Source: Aplysia californica (lineage: Eukaryota). Taken from it: 64,000 nucleotides of DNA. Both the position numbers and the translations under genes were made by a program. The first letter of the stretch is position 1. Each line of letters opens with the position of its first letter. Positions 27,401 to 42,400 of this stretch are shown one piece after another. The notes under the pieces are model-generated. The model worked only from the letters and a program-made list of their open reading frames with translations. It was not told where the DNA came from and made no database searches. Location: positions 372,124 to 436,123 of the forward strand of contig NW_004797880.1 of NCBI RefSeq assembly GCF_000002075.1. The letters run 5' to 3'.

Positions 27401-30400
27401 CGAAAAGACATGAAAAGATACGATACACCTGTCCTAATTGGGATGGTGTCCCGTGCGCTCACATGACTTTGTGATGCAGTCGCGAGCACCGTAAAACATT
27501 TACCCCCCCCCATAAAAAGAATTCAAGTGGGGAGAGTTGCCTGTCAAAAATCCACAAGACGCGTTTAACAACGTAATTTTCCACTTGTCACAGTGGTACC
27601 CGCGCCATAAAGCAAGAAAGTCCTATCTCAGTAAATACATAATTAATATTTTCCTAATAATATTAATAATTGTAAGGCGACAGTAAAAGACTATGACACA
27701 TCAAAAGGATGTCATGCGCCAATCTGCCCTTCATTCGGAAGTCTCGTGTGTTTGTCATGGCGGAGTATAAACTAGGAGCGGGCACGAAAAGAGTCGAGTA
27801 CTCGTTGCTCACGAGAAATGCCCTTCCCGTCGCTTCCCGGCAACTAAACTACTGCCCGGTACCGAGAAGTGATACCGCTCGTTGGTTTGACACAACGAGT
27901 AATGAGAGTGAGAGGTGTTTACGGAAAGAGCGGCACAACCAGTGAGAACTGGCACGCAGACAGTGTTACCCTTCACCGTGCCATCCTGTGTCTGAAACTG
28001 AAAGGGAGGGAAGAGGGTGGCGAGGCGAGTGGGGCTCAGGCTAAGGCCAAGGACCTTACTGTATAACCTCCGTGGCCTAGGCCTAGGTCCCCCTACCTTC
28101 CTTCACTGCTTGCGCATGCGCAACAAGGCTAGCCTAGTTTAAGATCCCGGCCACGGCCGGCCTTCTCGCTGAGTGAGCTACTCGCCCAACGTGCGAGAGA
28201 AGAAAAATTGGTCACGAGATGAGAAGCACTTCTTAGGACTGGTAGTACCGGTCCCGGCGAGAGTAGGTCAGCTTTTCGGTCTTCTCGCTTGGGAAGAAAA
28301 AAGTGCTTCCCGCCCGTCTCTAGTATAAACAAACTTTTTGGGACCATAGATGGTAAGGATTACCCCAATTTTGATCAAAGTAACCCTGAAAATGAGTCTG
28401 AAGGGACACAAATCAGATGCTTTTTCGTGCCTTATCGCGTCTTTTTTCGCATTTTAGTATGACCCGCAAATTAGGCCTACTAGTTGTGTGTTGAGATATT
28501 TAATGGTTTTTATTTAAATTATTTTACAAGGTCTAACTGTATATAGCTAGATATTCAGGGTTTCAAAGGGGCATGCCCCCGACCTGAAAAAATCAGGAGA
28601 GTTGAGGGTGTTGTGCCGGAGAATGCAATCAACTCTTCACCAGATATATTTTTCTTCTTTAAATTTAAAAAAAATGTATTTTGAACTCTGATGTCACAAT
28701 GATTAAATGGTATTTTCTGTTCTGTTCCATTTCAGGGCCTGGCGGCTATGGCCAGCCTCCGACAGGTAAGCAAGTTTACTGGTATGAGTTTGTTGATCCC
28801 CCTCCCAGCGACTGTCTTCAAAAGTCATAAGCCTTCATGAAAAGTGGTTGTTGGTATTTTTATGTGTATAAAACTTACATGCCTTTGGTAGGTCCTTTGT
28901 TTTCTTTCAAGGCTTGATGATTCTGTTCTTCAGTTTGAACCATCTGGGATGTTTACACTTGTAACAAAAGTTTTTGTTTTTGTTCAGAACATGAAAGTTC
29001 AAATTGTTTTTAAATGCCTACTGGCAAATATAGTTGTGAAGGAGTTCCCTGAAGATGGAGACTTCTGTCGATGTCGCAAGCAATCCACTTGTGTCTCTTT
29101 GTGTACTTAAACGGTGGAGACAAAAAAACCCAACTAGTTTTGTTGTGTCGTTCCTATCAAGAATCGTATGATACGAAAACAAATTGTAAACCTTGACCAT
29201 AGCATAACTGCATTTTGTTCCTGTTGAAAACTGCATGTTTGAGAGCTTGGGGGGGGGGGGGGGGGTAAAAGTTTCATGGTGCTCGCAACTGCATAGGGTC
29301 ATATGAGCTTGCGGGACACACCAAACATTTTCAGTTGGTAGGAAATTTTGAATTTTGCCCGGTTGGCGGCTGAAGCCTACTCGATTTTTGGACCACCGAG
29401 GGATCTTTAACTGGTGCAACTTGCACACGGGACCTCCAGGATTTTTCGTCCTTGTCCGAGAAGGCTTGGTGTAGATCTTACCTACCATAAGATCGGGGGT
29501 GTGAGTGTGGCTAAAAGACAGCATTAAGAAGGAGCCAAGGAGAAGCAGTTGAAAGGCTGCAGAAAGAGTCAGAGCTTTGAGAGAATGTTGAATGTAAAAA
29601 ATAAAAATAGAAAATGTTCAAAATTCTGACTTAAATGGATTGCTTGTGCCAGCGACAATTTTTGTTGTATTACTTGTTCTATACTAGTAAGGGGCTTGGA
29701 TAGGACACATTTAGCGGGTATTGTAGGGAATGATAGTTGGATTTGACCATTGTGACAGTATAGAACAGGGGCTTCAATTTGGGTATATTACATTATGATT
29801 ATAGAGGAGATTAAGACAGCATAATGTAATGTAATCTTTAATTCTATCTTAAACTTAAGTATTGAGTTCCCCTGATAGTTAATGGTTTTGAATTTATTTT
29901 GGTGAGTTTTGAGCCCCTTCTTTTGGTAATTATCTTAGTTATTTCGTTTATTAAAGTTTCCCCATGTTTTTTTTTTGTGTTTTTTTTTGTGTTGGTGTGG
30001 GAGGATATTGTGTGCCTGTTTTTTTACCTTTCTTTCAAAGTAACAGAAACTTCCTACTAGACAAATGAATTCTTGTGGCTTTTAACTGAAGTAATCTTGT
30101 GGTAAAACATTTTCTGTTTGTTTACTATTGACAGTTGATTTTATTTGTTGATCTTTTCTGAGTAACGGACATTTGTTGTATGTTAACTTAAGGTGTAATC
30201 AGTCATTTGTCTTGCATTTCACTCTTTTGTGTCCTAGCTGAACTTGACGGTAGTCTTGAGTTAGTTTTTTTTTATTTTTTAAATGTTGTAATGTTAGTTT
30301 GGTCATTAAATATGTAGGTTGTACTACTAGCTTGATGTAATACAAGGCGGTGGTCTCCTTTTATCGTGAAGTGCAATAGTAACAGTAGGGGGAAAGATCA

Positions 30401-33400
30401 TTTATTTACTGTTGTGAGGTTGGCAAAAAGAATCTTTCTGGACCTCATAAGCATAAAGGTATTTTGAGTTTTTGCATATATTTGTAGCCGCAGACATTGA
30501 AGGGGCATTTTGCCCGTTGAAATTCAAGAACTATCTGGGTTTAAGAATTTTTTAAAAGGGAGCTTTTTGCAGATAAATTATGTTCCTCATAGAATACTAT
30601 TACTTATGCCTTCATAAAGGATTTATATTTTCTTTTGTTGTTGTGGGTGATTTTTTGTTCTTTCTCTTTTTGTTTTTAAATATGTATTTCTCTTATTTGT
30701 TACTGAAACAGTTCAGTTTATTGTATGCTGAAAGAGTAGTATCATAAAATATTAAGATTTTGATTTCAGTTTTAATTGAAATCTTAGTCAAATATACGTA
30801 ACAGCTTTTTTTTTAATCCTGAAAAAAGGAACAGGAAAGAATATTTTGTTATAGCTTTTTATACGTTCTGTCTTCAATTTTTTGTTTGAATAAAATTATT
30901 GTGTGTATTCATAGTTTTAATTTCTGTTTGAGCACAGAGTGCTTGGATATGAATTTTCTTTTCTCCTGTGTATTTTTGTTCTTTTTATTGGAGGTTCAGG
31001 CACGTTTTATTTTTTTTAAAGTTGGAAAGATAATTCTCCCTGCCCTTTTATTTGTTCTCTTTTAAAAATTTGCTTTCGTTGGTGGTACTTACAATTTATT
31101 ATCGTAAATGTTTTGAATAATATTTATTTCCACACGTATGCTTTGCTGGCAAACATTCTTTTATTTTTCCTCGTCCTATGGAATTTTGTTGGTGTTTTTA
31201 AATGGTGTCCATGCCTAGGCAAAATGAGCACACTGCTTCCAGTATGGATTTATGCAGAGAGTAATGCTTCACAGCCAGTATTAACTTTTGTGAAAGGCGC
31301 TATGTCTCATCCTTTGATTTTATGATAGTGGATTCGTTGTTGTGGTGTTTGTGAGTGACTCTGTATTATCATTATCTTTGCCATTGGTGTGTCTACCTTC
31401 GTAAAGCTGTGAGTCTTTGACATCTGTTAGAGTTGGATTGATGACAGGCTGGCTATTTGAAGATTAGAAACCAGTTAGTGCCTGTTAGGTTTCTCTATTG
31501 CTTTTCATTGCTGCTTTGATTAACCAATGTCCTGATAAAAATAATGTTTTAAAATTTGAGTAACTCTGAGCATTCATTTTGTTCTTGCCTTTGCATAGTA
31601 GCATGTTTTTGTTGAGAGTCCAAATGTTTGCAGTGTGATAATCTTGTTCAATGGAAAGTTACTCTGTAAGTAAAAATAGGGTCCTGATTGTCTCTTAGGG
31701 GTAAGTGGAAAAAAACTATAAGTGCAGGGTCTTTAGAACTTAGTGTTTGCAGTGCAGTGCTCAAGCAGGCCACTCTACCTTGTGGTATGAGCGAGGCCAT
31801 TGTTTTAGTTCTTTTTATATCATCATTCTGTTAAAACCTGTAGGCCTGGTTCATTGATGTTTTAATATTAGTGTAGTATTACTGTCACGTTGATATGCAA
31901 ATAACTGAGAATTTTTTAAAGGGTTTTTGCAATTCTCTCAGGTTGCAGCAATAATAATAATTATGAACTGTTTTGTCTGTTGATTGAAACGAAAGCAGTT
32001 TTGGATCAAGGTTTTTGCAGAGGAGGTGTGGGAATTTCCCAGAAGCGTAATTTCTGGGTCATGGCCTTGAAACTGTTTTCGTCCTCACCGCCAATTTTCA
32101 GAAAAATAAAGCTTGGGTATTTGTTCTGTTTTTAAGGCCAAGGCATGCCCTCATTCTTGGGAGCTCACTTAGGAAATGGTAGGTATCCATTGAAGCTTTC
32201 CTGTCTCCTCTCTATTCTTGATTTCCAAATTTTGTTTTAATCCTTTCTTTCAAATGGCCTAAGAGACCCCACTGACCTAAGTGAACGTATGAAACAAAAT
32301 TTCTGTGTTTTCCTTTTTTGTTTTGTTTTTACCACTTATTGTATATTTCTGACACAAATGTTAGTTCAGTAACAATAACAGTATTAATACGGATCATGAT
32401 TAACAGTTCATTTCTCTGTGGGTACTGTGAATCTGTGCTGCAACATCTTTCAAGTAGAAAATAGAATACCAGAAATTCTTGTCGATCCTTCCTCAAGTAG
32501 AGAGTAGAGTGCCAATAGTTTACTTTCAGTTATCTTTTGGCCCAAACACAGGTAGATAGAAGAAGATGAAAAACTTTGTTGCTGTTTTTGAAAGTCTGTT
32601 TGTCCATTAGAGAACAAGTGTCAACATTTTATTTCTTCTCTTTTGTTGCTGTTGTAGAAAATAAAGTCATCTCCTTTGCGTTAAATGTTGTTTGATCAAG
32701 ATGAAATTCGTATGGAGGGGAGAGATAACAAGTGCTGCTAAAAACTGTTTCATCCTTTGCCACCCTCTTGTTGTACTGTTCAAACCCTGTACTTCTCCCA
32801 ATGTCTGTCGCAGTTTGGCACTACTTTTCTGTGAATTCCATACGCAAATGCACCCAGACTTAAAATGAATGTTGGTTATGAGGTAGATGGCAGGCTTAAT
32901 TTCTTGCTTATTACAACACCCCCCCCCCCTCCTTTTCACCTTTTCAATATTTTATGTTTTTCTGTATACTAGATACAAGTTCATTGCTCTTGTTAAGTTT
33001 TGGGACATAAATGAGATTGAGAGAAAGATATTTATCAAATAGAGGTCAGACGACTGACAGTTTGACAATGGTTAGACAGACTGTTATACTTTAGAGTCTT
33101 AAAGGTGAACATGATTTTCATATCTAAAGTTTGATCACTTCATTATTTGGAAGTTTTAATGATCAAAATAAAATTGATATCTCAAGGTTTGGTTACCTCA
33201 TTGCTAATTATGATTATAATAACAATGGAAGTAGAACTGTGAGTAATTGTTATTTCTTCTTCAATGAATGGATAGCTGCGAACATCATTTTTAAGAATTG
33301 ACCGGGGATGTCTTCTCATGATTGATTATCCCTGAAAATAGCATTTGCTTTGTTTGAACTTGTAGAGCTGAGTTATAATAAACAGCTTACTTCTATTGAT

Positions 33401-36400
33401 GTAAAAAAGATAAATTGGGTAAAATCATTGTAGTTAAGGATGAGAAGACTATATTGTAGGGGATATGCCATGATTATGGAGATGACCGCTCCTCTCCTCA
33501 CACAGATTCACATTTGGTTTATGGTTCTTTTTGCCCAGACAAAAAACACACATCAGTGTTGTCCAACATGTTCCTTTGAGTTATGAAAGTGTTCGTTCTG
33601 GTCTGCTGTATTCCCCACAATGCATGAACGGCAGAAATTCATGTAGTCTCTGGTCAGAGCGGGTGTATGTGCAGTGACAGCCAGCTGCACAGTTCTGCTA
33701 TGTCTGGTCTGTGATTATGTTGGTGTGCTTGCTTGGTTTGGCGGGGTTCCTTTTTGAGGGGTTGGGAGCTTTTAAAACCCAATTGGTTTGGAACAAAAAA
33801 AGTTTTACTTTTATATATTATAACAATAATGTAATAGGGTTTGAGAGAAGAGCAATTTAAGTCAGGTATCAAAATATAACGTGGGATCTGGGGGGAGGTT
33901 ATTTGGAACCTAGAAGCTCAGCTTTCAATTGGTGCATACAGAACTTGAACTTGCGTCTGTGATTGAGCAGTAAGTCACTTGGCTGTCACAGGCAGGAGAC
34001 CCAAGTTCAATTCCAGAGGGGGTAGAAGTTTTATCATTAAAAAAAATTATCAAGTATTTCAGTCTTTTTATTAGGATGTGGCATCCCTTTCTGGAAGCCT
34101 GCCTCCTTAAAATAATCTAAATTGTATCAAAGGGGGCATAAAAATACATTAAAGTAAAAAAAAAAACATAAAAGGGAGGAATCACTGTCAGATGTTCATA
34201 CCTTTTTAAGACGCTATCTGTGAAATGAGTGTCGTGTATGAAAATATTTTTGAGTGACTGGAAGTGAGTATGCTCCCGAAAAATGAAATTTAAAAAATCC
34301 ATGCAAAAGTGCCACACCGAAAGTAAAAAGAAAGTTTTTAAGCTACATGTTAGTGAATATATAATACAGGTGTAGCAGCAACTCTTTTTTGCTGTTGTAT
34401 TTGATTTTACAAGTACGTCCACTTAATCATGCATTTTAGGGAATTCTGTGTACCTAGCATCTCTGATTTATAGTAATATTTCGGTTTGCCTTGTTGGAAG
34501 GGTTACACTGTTTGTTTCAATTTATAAGCAAGAGTTTGAAGTGTTTGAAACTTTTGGGCTAAATTTCTGATCATTCTTTCTGATGCTTCATTACATTTTT
34601 CCTATTCATACCCAAAAGCAGTGCAAAAAAGATAAAGTAATAAAGGTCATACTCTTTCTCCTATCTGGAATGTCATGGAAGTTGTATATATCTGACTGGT
34701 TAATATATATTATTTGAAAGTGAAGCAGAGAGGGAGGGTTGTTAGTGTTGTACCAGTGATTGCGTTAGATTGCTAGTATTGATATTTTCTCGTAGCATGG
34801 CTCTATTTGAATTAATATATGTGAGACAGCGTGGTTTAATCAGGTGCTCGTCAAAATACAGAAATCTGAGAAAAGGGCATTTTTCCGAAAGTTTGGACTT
34901 TTTTATCGAATGCTCAAAACATGTCATTTTTCTGTTGTCTAGGACTCTTTAGCTATTAAAGTTACCAAACTTTGGCTGCCATTTTCTCGCTAATTTCACT
35001 ACTGGAACCAGGCTACCTCCCTTTTTTCAGTCGCAAATATCTTGAGTTCTTTTAAAAATAGATGCATATTTATTTAATTGGAAGCAAGTCGAATAAATCA
35101 GGTGATACCAATATCTCCACATGTCAGAAAATTGACGAGCGCCTGATTCCACTGCGTTATGACACATATTTGTTCAGCTGTCTTTTTCCCTGCCATTTTC
35201 CTACCATTCACCGCTCCAGCCCTTGTGTTGTCTTTATGCTTTTTTCACATTCAGCTGCTTTTATGAATCTTTATTTTGACAGCATGCCCCACAGCATGCT
35301 TTTTTTTCTCACCCTGTTTGGATCAAGGAAGGAAGAGCTTTTGGGCAATATTAACGCTTTGTACAAGGGTTTTCTCTGTGACTGCTCGTGCTAAGATGTG
35401 ACTTGATCAAATTTGTATAATATATGTTTATTTTTAACAATTCTTTCTTACTGATAATACATTATTTGTTCTTCTAGCTTCAAAAGATACTGGTGTTGAC
35501 AAATTGGTAAAAATAACTGTTTTCTTCATAGCTATGAAATGAAGAGAGATGTAATATTATAGTCCAGTTTGGTGCAGTTTATATCCTTAAAAGTGAATTG
35601 TTCAAGTTGAAGAAAAAATGGAAAATTGTACTTTTGGATAAACTTGATTAATTTTCGTAAATCAATGAAATTGTTACGCACCGAGAATATAGAGCTGATA
35701 ATATATATTTGAACTTTTTTTGTCAGGTGATAATTGGTAGGATAATGACATACGTAAGAAGAGAAAAAAAAGGGTGATCTGTGGCAGATGCAGAAGCAAT
35801 CCTTTCAGACGCCTTTGCTATGTATGTGGCTACGTGCTTGCCCATTTATTTAGTTGTTTCACTTGTTTGTGTACATTCATTGACTAACTCGGTTACTTTT
35901 ATTTTTCTTTAAATTGCCTTGAGTTCCTACATGTGCTCTGGTAGTCAGTCTGTTCTTTGGATTGATCGACTTTGTAGCTCTTTCCAAGGAAATATTTGTC
36001 GGAACAGCAAAACATAAAAACTTTTACTTGACAATTTTTCTACTTTTTCGTATTCTCACAAATGTATAGTGAAAATTCCTTTAAGATTAACATTTTATAC
36101 ATATTGAAATTGTAATTTAGTGTACTGTCTCAATTACTGCTCACACACACTTGCGGGTACACATCTGTGCTGTGCATTAGCATAAATTTTTTTTTAGGCT
36201 AGTGTGACTTTCTGTTGGCTATTTTTGCCTCCTCATCAATGTCTAGACGGATTGAAAGGGAGTGTGTTCCTGAGAATAAATTTTACTGTGTGGGTGGATG
36301 GCGGGTGTTCTTATGTGGTTTGCTCCTTCTTTCCTATCAAACATCTATCGTCCTTGTCTCCCTTTTTTTTATTATGTTTGTTTCTCTCTTGTAGCACCTC

Positions 36401-39400
36401 TAATCTTCGGCACTGATATGAACTAATTGTGTTGCAAGTAGTGCCATAAAACGCTTGCTAAAAGCAAACAAACCTGAGTGTGTTACCTTCACCCTTCTAC
36501 ACACGACACATCTACCTCAGTGTGAGGTAGTAGAAATTAAGTTGTCCTTCAGGAGCTTAGGTGGATTGGTCTTGTAGGCTCAGGGGAACATGGCTTGAAG
36601 TGTTAAGCAGCTTAAGCTATTGACATGTAGAGCATGTCTCTATTTGTCTTGTTTTAAAACGTTTTTTTAACAAGCCTTTAGTGGTTAAGTCCCCTCAAGC
36701 TTGTTTTTCTATTTCTTCTTCAAACAATCGCAGGGTTGTTTTTTTTTTTTTTTTTTTTTTTTTGTAAAAGCAAATTTTAATCCTCTTTTGAGGTTTTTGA
36801 GTTTTTAGAATTTTTTTCTTCCTTATGATTTCCACCGCTACCCTTTTTTTTTCTCCAGTTGTTTGTTTCATTGTTTATTTTTCTTTGCTCTTATTTTGAT
36901 GATTGCAAGAAGTTCTTGATTGTCTTTTTGACAAAGGATTAACATCAGCCTCAAAGTGTGCTCAATTTAGAACTTCACAGGCTGACAATATGAAAATAAC
37001 TCATCTCGAATCATTTATTTATTATCCTTGAGGTGGGGATCTCCCCCCCCCCACCGCCTAAATCAGTGTAATTAAATGCAGTCGGGGCGCTTTCCAAACA
37101 TTTATAATATTGCTATAGGAATTGTATCAAACAACAGGACGTATCATTGTTACTTGGGTGCTTTACAAAATAGTTATCATGCTGGGGTTACTTTGAGGAT
37201 AAGTATGGTTCAGATTCCCTGACTGGGGCATTCCTGAACTTGCTATGTGCGAAAATGTTTCATGATTTTTCACCTGATAGGTGGGGTCCTGTCAGAGATA
37301 GATTCCAAATTACAGATTCCTCTTTCTTAAGACTTCCTACCATTACTAGCTGTTTAAACCACTAACGCTTTCTAACACCTTTTTCATAACGAGAGGTGTT
37401 TGCTTGGACTCTTTATTCTGAAGCTCATGCTTTTATTCTTTGCAAGTTAAATGTTCTTTTTGTGTGTTTAATTAAGTAAAACTATAGTCTTGCAATTGTC
37501 TGTTTTCTGATAATTAATGTCTCTTGTGTTTTGCTGTGTTTACAATAGTATTTGGAAAGTTGAAAACATGTGCAAAAAAAGTACTAGATAGTACTTGTGT
37601 ACCATGCACTGTCTGTTTGGTCTCAAAATATTTGTAAGCATTATGTAGCCCTGTGTTTGCAGGGATGCATGGTTTGTTGTGTGGTATTTAAAACAATTTT
37701 TTTGTCTTAAGATTTATCATCTTTGTGTTTTATATATTCGTGGGCAGTGGTGGGGTCTGGTTTGATGCACCTCATCTACCCTTCTTTTCCCTGACACTAA
37801 TTACCATAAAAACTAATTTGTTCCCAGTAAGATGTGGCGTTCCCAGTAAGATGTGGCCACTACCATACTGACCACTCATATCAACATTGTTTTTGTCCTA
37901 GTCCAAAGCCCTCTGAGAGATGTGTGTGTGTCATTATGTTTTGTTTTCCTTGATGTTGTTTGAATTTTTTTTAAAAGGTAGATGTTTTTGCACACCTTTT
38001 GTTGAGAATATTGTGACAGAAGTAAATAGGATAATATCAGTGATAGCGAGACTCACTATGTTTTTTTTGGTGTTTTTTTTTTTCCCTTTCGTTTTTCTCC
38101 TTCAGGCCAACCAGGTCTTCATTTTCCATTTCCTGGGATGCAAGCTCAGGATGGTATGAAATGGAATGAATGTCATGTTTTTGTGCATTTATATGTTTTT
38201 GGACTTAAAAGGTGTTGATGTATGTCCATGTAAATTTGTTTTTGTGCATGGGTTCCCCTTTTAGTACAAGTTCACATGCGTTAAACGTGTATTTTTCGTG
38301 TTGTTCTGTGAATCTGTGTATTCACTTTTGACCTCTTCCGTGTTATGTACAGTGGACTGATGTGTTGGTTGTTACTTTGGACTCAATCCTTCCTCATGTT
38401 TTTGAGTGAACTCAAATCTTTTACCAAGAGGGTGCACATATGGTTTTGAGAGCACTAATAATGCGTTCTGTTTCTGTCTACTGCTATTGAAACTGAAACT
38501 GATGAGTAGCCTTGTGGTTTCACAGACTATTAATTAATTGTCAGTGTTGATTCGGACAAACAGATGAACGAAGTCCAATGGTCTGTTTATTTTATTCCTT
38601 TCTTACCAAACTGTCCGTTCGAGGTCTGTCGATGTCCTGGTGTGGTCTTGCTCTTTCTTCTACTTCTTTCCAGTGTTAATATTTTTGTAGTTTGTCTGTT
38701 CTGGAAGGAATGTTATCTTTAATCATCTGCAGATTTACTATAATAAACGACAACTCAACAGGTTTTTCTTTCCAGGGGAAAGCCCTCTTTCATGTATCAT
38801 GTATGGTCACAATTGAATAAATGGCGGATTTTTTTCCTTCTGAGAGAAAACTCAAATCTGCTGTTTATTGTGAACAGACTAGATTAGTCTAATACTTTGC
38901 AGAAATGTTGAAAATGTTAAAATCAAATGTTTTATTTGTAGTTAAAAAAGAAAGCCCGTTTCTTTCAGTTTAATAGGTCTACCCTTTTTTTTATTTGTCA
39001 TGTCCACCCCTTCTTGATTTTAGTGAAGGTAGATCCCTTTGTCTTGACTAATGATCTTCTACTCAAATTTAGTGAATTCCAATATTTCTTAAGTTTACAG
39101 GTAAACCTTTGGACAGTAAAGAAAAGTTAAGAACCTTTCCTCTGTTCAAATATATCATGTAGTGGACTTTAGTGTGAAATTTATTAAATAATTCTCAACA
39201 AATCTGTATTGTAATATAGTGCAATAAAACACAAAGTTTTTCCCTGTGTTTTCAATGAGGTTTTAGTCAAGTTAATATCCTTTTATTTTTTTGTAACGAC
39301 AAGGGTGAGTAAGGTACTTTGTCATGTTGCTCTGAAAAAATAAAAAAATAAAAATATGAAAAGACGATAATCTGACAAAAATATTTCCTCTTTGCCCGTC

Positions 39401-42400
39401 CGTCCACCCGCCAGTCCCACCCCCACCCGTGACCACGCCCATCACGCCCTCCCTCACACAGACAGAGCAGCCCCCGCCCCTTCCCTTCGCCCAGGGCCAG
39501 GTCCCCCAGGAGTCGCTGGTGCCGCCAGTGCAGCAGGCCGACTTTGTGTCCCCGCCACGGCCCAACACGGGCACCGAGGGCCGCTCCATCTCGCTGCGGG
39601 CCAACCACTTCCAGGTGCGCGTGCCCAAGGGCATCATCCACCACTACGAGGTGAACATCTCCCCCGACAAGTGCCCGCGCAGGGTCAACAGGTGAGTGAG
39701 TGGCTGTGGGTTCTCTAGATGTGCCTCATATAATACTATATCAGTGGTGTTGTGCTCTATGTAGCGGGCTTCTCGGAAAATTTTTCTTCATGTGATCACT
39801 TTGCTGAATGGTCAGTTCAGCCTTTATCTTTTCAAATCTTGCGTTTTCCTTCATTTCTTTTTCTCTGCTCTGTCATCTTTGTATAAAAAAATCCAATCAC
39901 ATTGAATATGGTTACAAAATCCAGGTAGCAGGTGGTTGGTGGTTTGCTTCTTCTTTCCTATCTAATATCTGTGTCTCTCCTTTTTTTTTGTTTGTTTGTT
40001 ACTCGCTTGCAAACCTCTAGTCTTGGTCACTTATGTGACCTTATTGTGTTGCAAGTGCTGTAAAACTTACTGAAACAAAAGAAAACAAAAAACACAATTC
40101 AGGTGAAAACCTGAACATTTTTTTAAAACCCAGGGAATTTATTTTCCTTGATGAGTGGCAACTCTGATATTGATTGTCATTTATGCTGGTTGTGGCCGAT
40201 GTTTGACTTAAAAACTCGTCTATTTTACAGAGAAATCATCGACACAATGGTAACTGCTTACCAACAGAAGATCTTCCAGGGCCAGAAGCCTGTCTTTGAC
40301 GGAAGGAAAAACTTGTACAGTAGGGAACCTCTTCCAGTGGGAACAGAAAAGGTATGTTCTGAAGTTGTGGTGTGCTTATCGGCATTGATATAAGTGTCAT
40401 GGTTCATTCACCTAGAATTGCACGTAGTATTTTTTCATCCATCGGAATCCCTCCATTCAGCTCTTCCCTTTCTTTTGGAATATTAATCAAAGGTTTTGAA
40501 TTTCTTTGTTTGTTCGGGGTATTTTTCACTGTTGTTATTTTGTTTATTACATTAAAAAAATTTTGTTTAAATTCCCTTCACTTATTTTCATGTCTTTGAC
40601 CGAACTCAGAAGGTGTCAATGTTCTTCTTGTGGGTAGAGAGTTTGTTTAAGTACACCAGCATAACTTTGAAGTTTTCGATTTGTTTTATCTTGTTATGTG
40701 TTTTTTAAAAACTGCTTCCTGTTTTCTTTCTTTTCAGGTTGAACTGGAAGTGACATTGCCAGGGGAGGGTCGGGACAGGGTGTTCAAAGTTGCCGTCCGC
40801 TATGTGGGTCAGGTCAGCCTGTTCGCTCTAGAGGAGGCGCTGGAAGGTCGTACCCGACAGATCCCCATGGACGCTATACAGGCCCTAGACGTAGTCATGA
40901 GGCACCTTCCAAGCAAAACGTAAGAGCTGTTTTCTGCTGTTATGCATGGGTTGACACCTATTTTGTTTTTCGAGGAGGCTTGCGAGTTGTGTCTTCCTTC
41001 ACAGGTGTTTTGGCTGCCCGGTTGATGTTCTGTGCGACCATAGTCAAAAAGACTGGTTTATATCCCCAACAGGGTCTTATTGAAATTAGATTGTTTACAA
41101 TTTTCAATGTTCTCTGCCCATTTGTTTTAGTCCTGTCAGATATGGGGGATAAATTTGGAGGTTCTGGGTCATGATATGATATTGGGTCGTTAAACCCATA
41201 TCTTGTACCGTGATGTGTTGCTTTGTGCGATAGAAAGACTCTTTTTTCAGTTCTTTCTAACTGGCTTGCCAACTGTCCCGAATGTCTCATGACTGTCCTG
41301 GATTCAGCAATCGGAGATTTGAGGGCTATTTCACATACATTAAACCAAAACCAGTCCTACTTGATGATGGAATTTTGATTGTTAGTAATCTTATGACATA
41401 CCATTGGGATTGGGTGGTTGGAGGGTGCTGTGGTGTGGTTTGCTCCTTCTTTCCTATCAACCATCTATCGTTGTTATCTCTCCTTCTTTTTTGTGTTTGT
41501 TACTCCCTTATAACACACCTGTTCTTCGGCACTTATATGGTCTTTTTGTGTTACAAGTGCCTTTAGACTCTTTCAAAAACGAAAAAGCTATTGGGTGTCT
41601 CAGATTAGGTTTTGAAAAGGTTGGCAATCTGGATCAAGTTTGCCATTAAAAAAAACAACCTGACCAAGGACACGCAACATAAATGCAGTGGTGAATTTGA
41701 AATTATGAGACAAAGAAAATAAAGCTTACAGACAATTGTACAAGTAGAGCCAAATAGAACTGTATTTTTCAACAAATCAGGAAGCCAGGTTTCACCATTA
41801 GCAGATTAGAAAGATAGTAATACTAGCAGAAGGAACAGACAACCAGGCAGCAGCTACGAGTCATGACAGTGAAGACCTCTTTTTTTCTTTTTCTTCTTTG
41901 ATTTTTCTATTTGGTCATATCATGCCTAATGCAATGTGACAATGTGTCTGACTTTCCACCAGTCCTTAAACATGAAAAAAAACCGCAACCCCATGGTTGT
42001 TGTGGCCCTAGAAAAAAAATTCAGTTTTAATTTGTAGTGTTGACATTTTCCCTCTTCCTCTTATGTTTGCAGCTATACTCCTGTGGGCCGCTCCTTCTTC
42101 TCACCACCAGAGGGTTATGATCACCCGCTTGGAGGTGGGCGAGAGGTATGGTTTGGTTTCCATCAGTCTGTGCGACCATCCCACTGGAAAATGATGCTGA
42201 ACATCGATGGTGAGTTATTTATCAACTGTACTTCATTAAACTAAGTTAGGTGTGATATAAATTTTTCTGAAAGCCAGGGAGCCAAGGGAGCCATTTTGTG
42301 GTCATTACACTTTAATTGGTCGAATCTGTCAGACTGAGTCATGAAAAAATCTGTTTTTGGACTTTTGTGGCCTATCATTTTTTTTTGTAGGGGGGTTTTG

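Noticed and set aside
27757-27945. [15 protein letters not shown].. as an alternative coding first exon
   Set aside because: Good start context, but the nearest donor (CA|gtgaga) is phase 2, not the phase 1 needed for exon 2, and no homology recognised; not fully excluded
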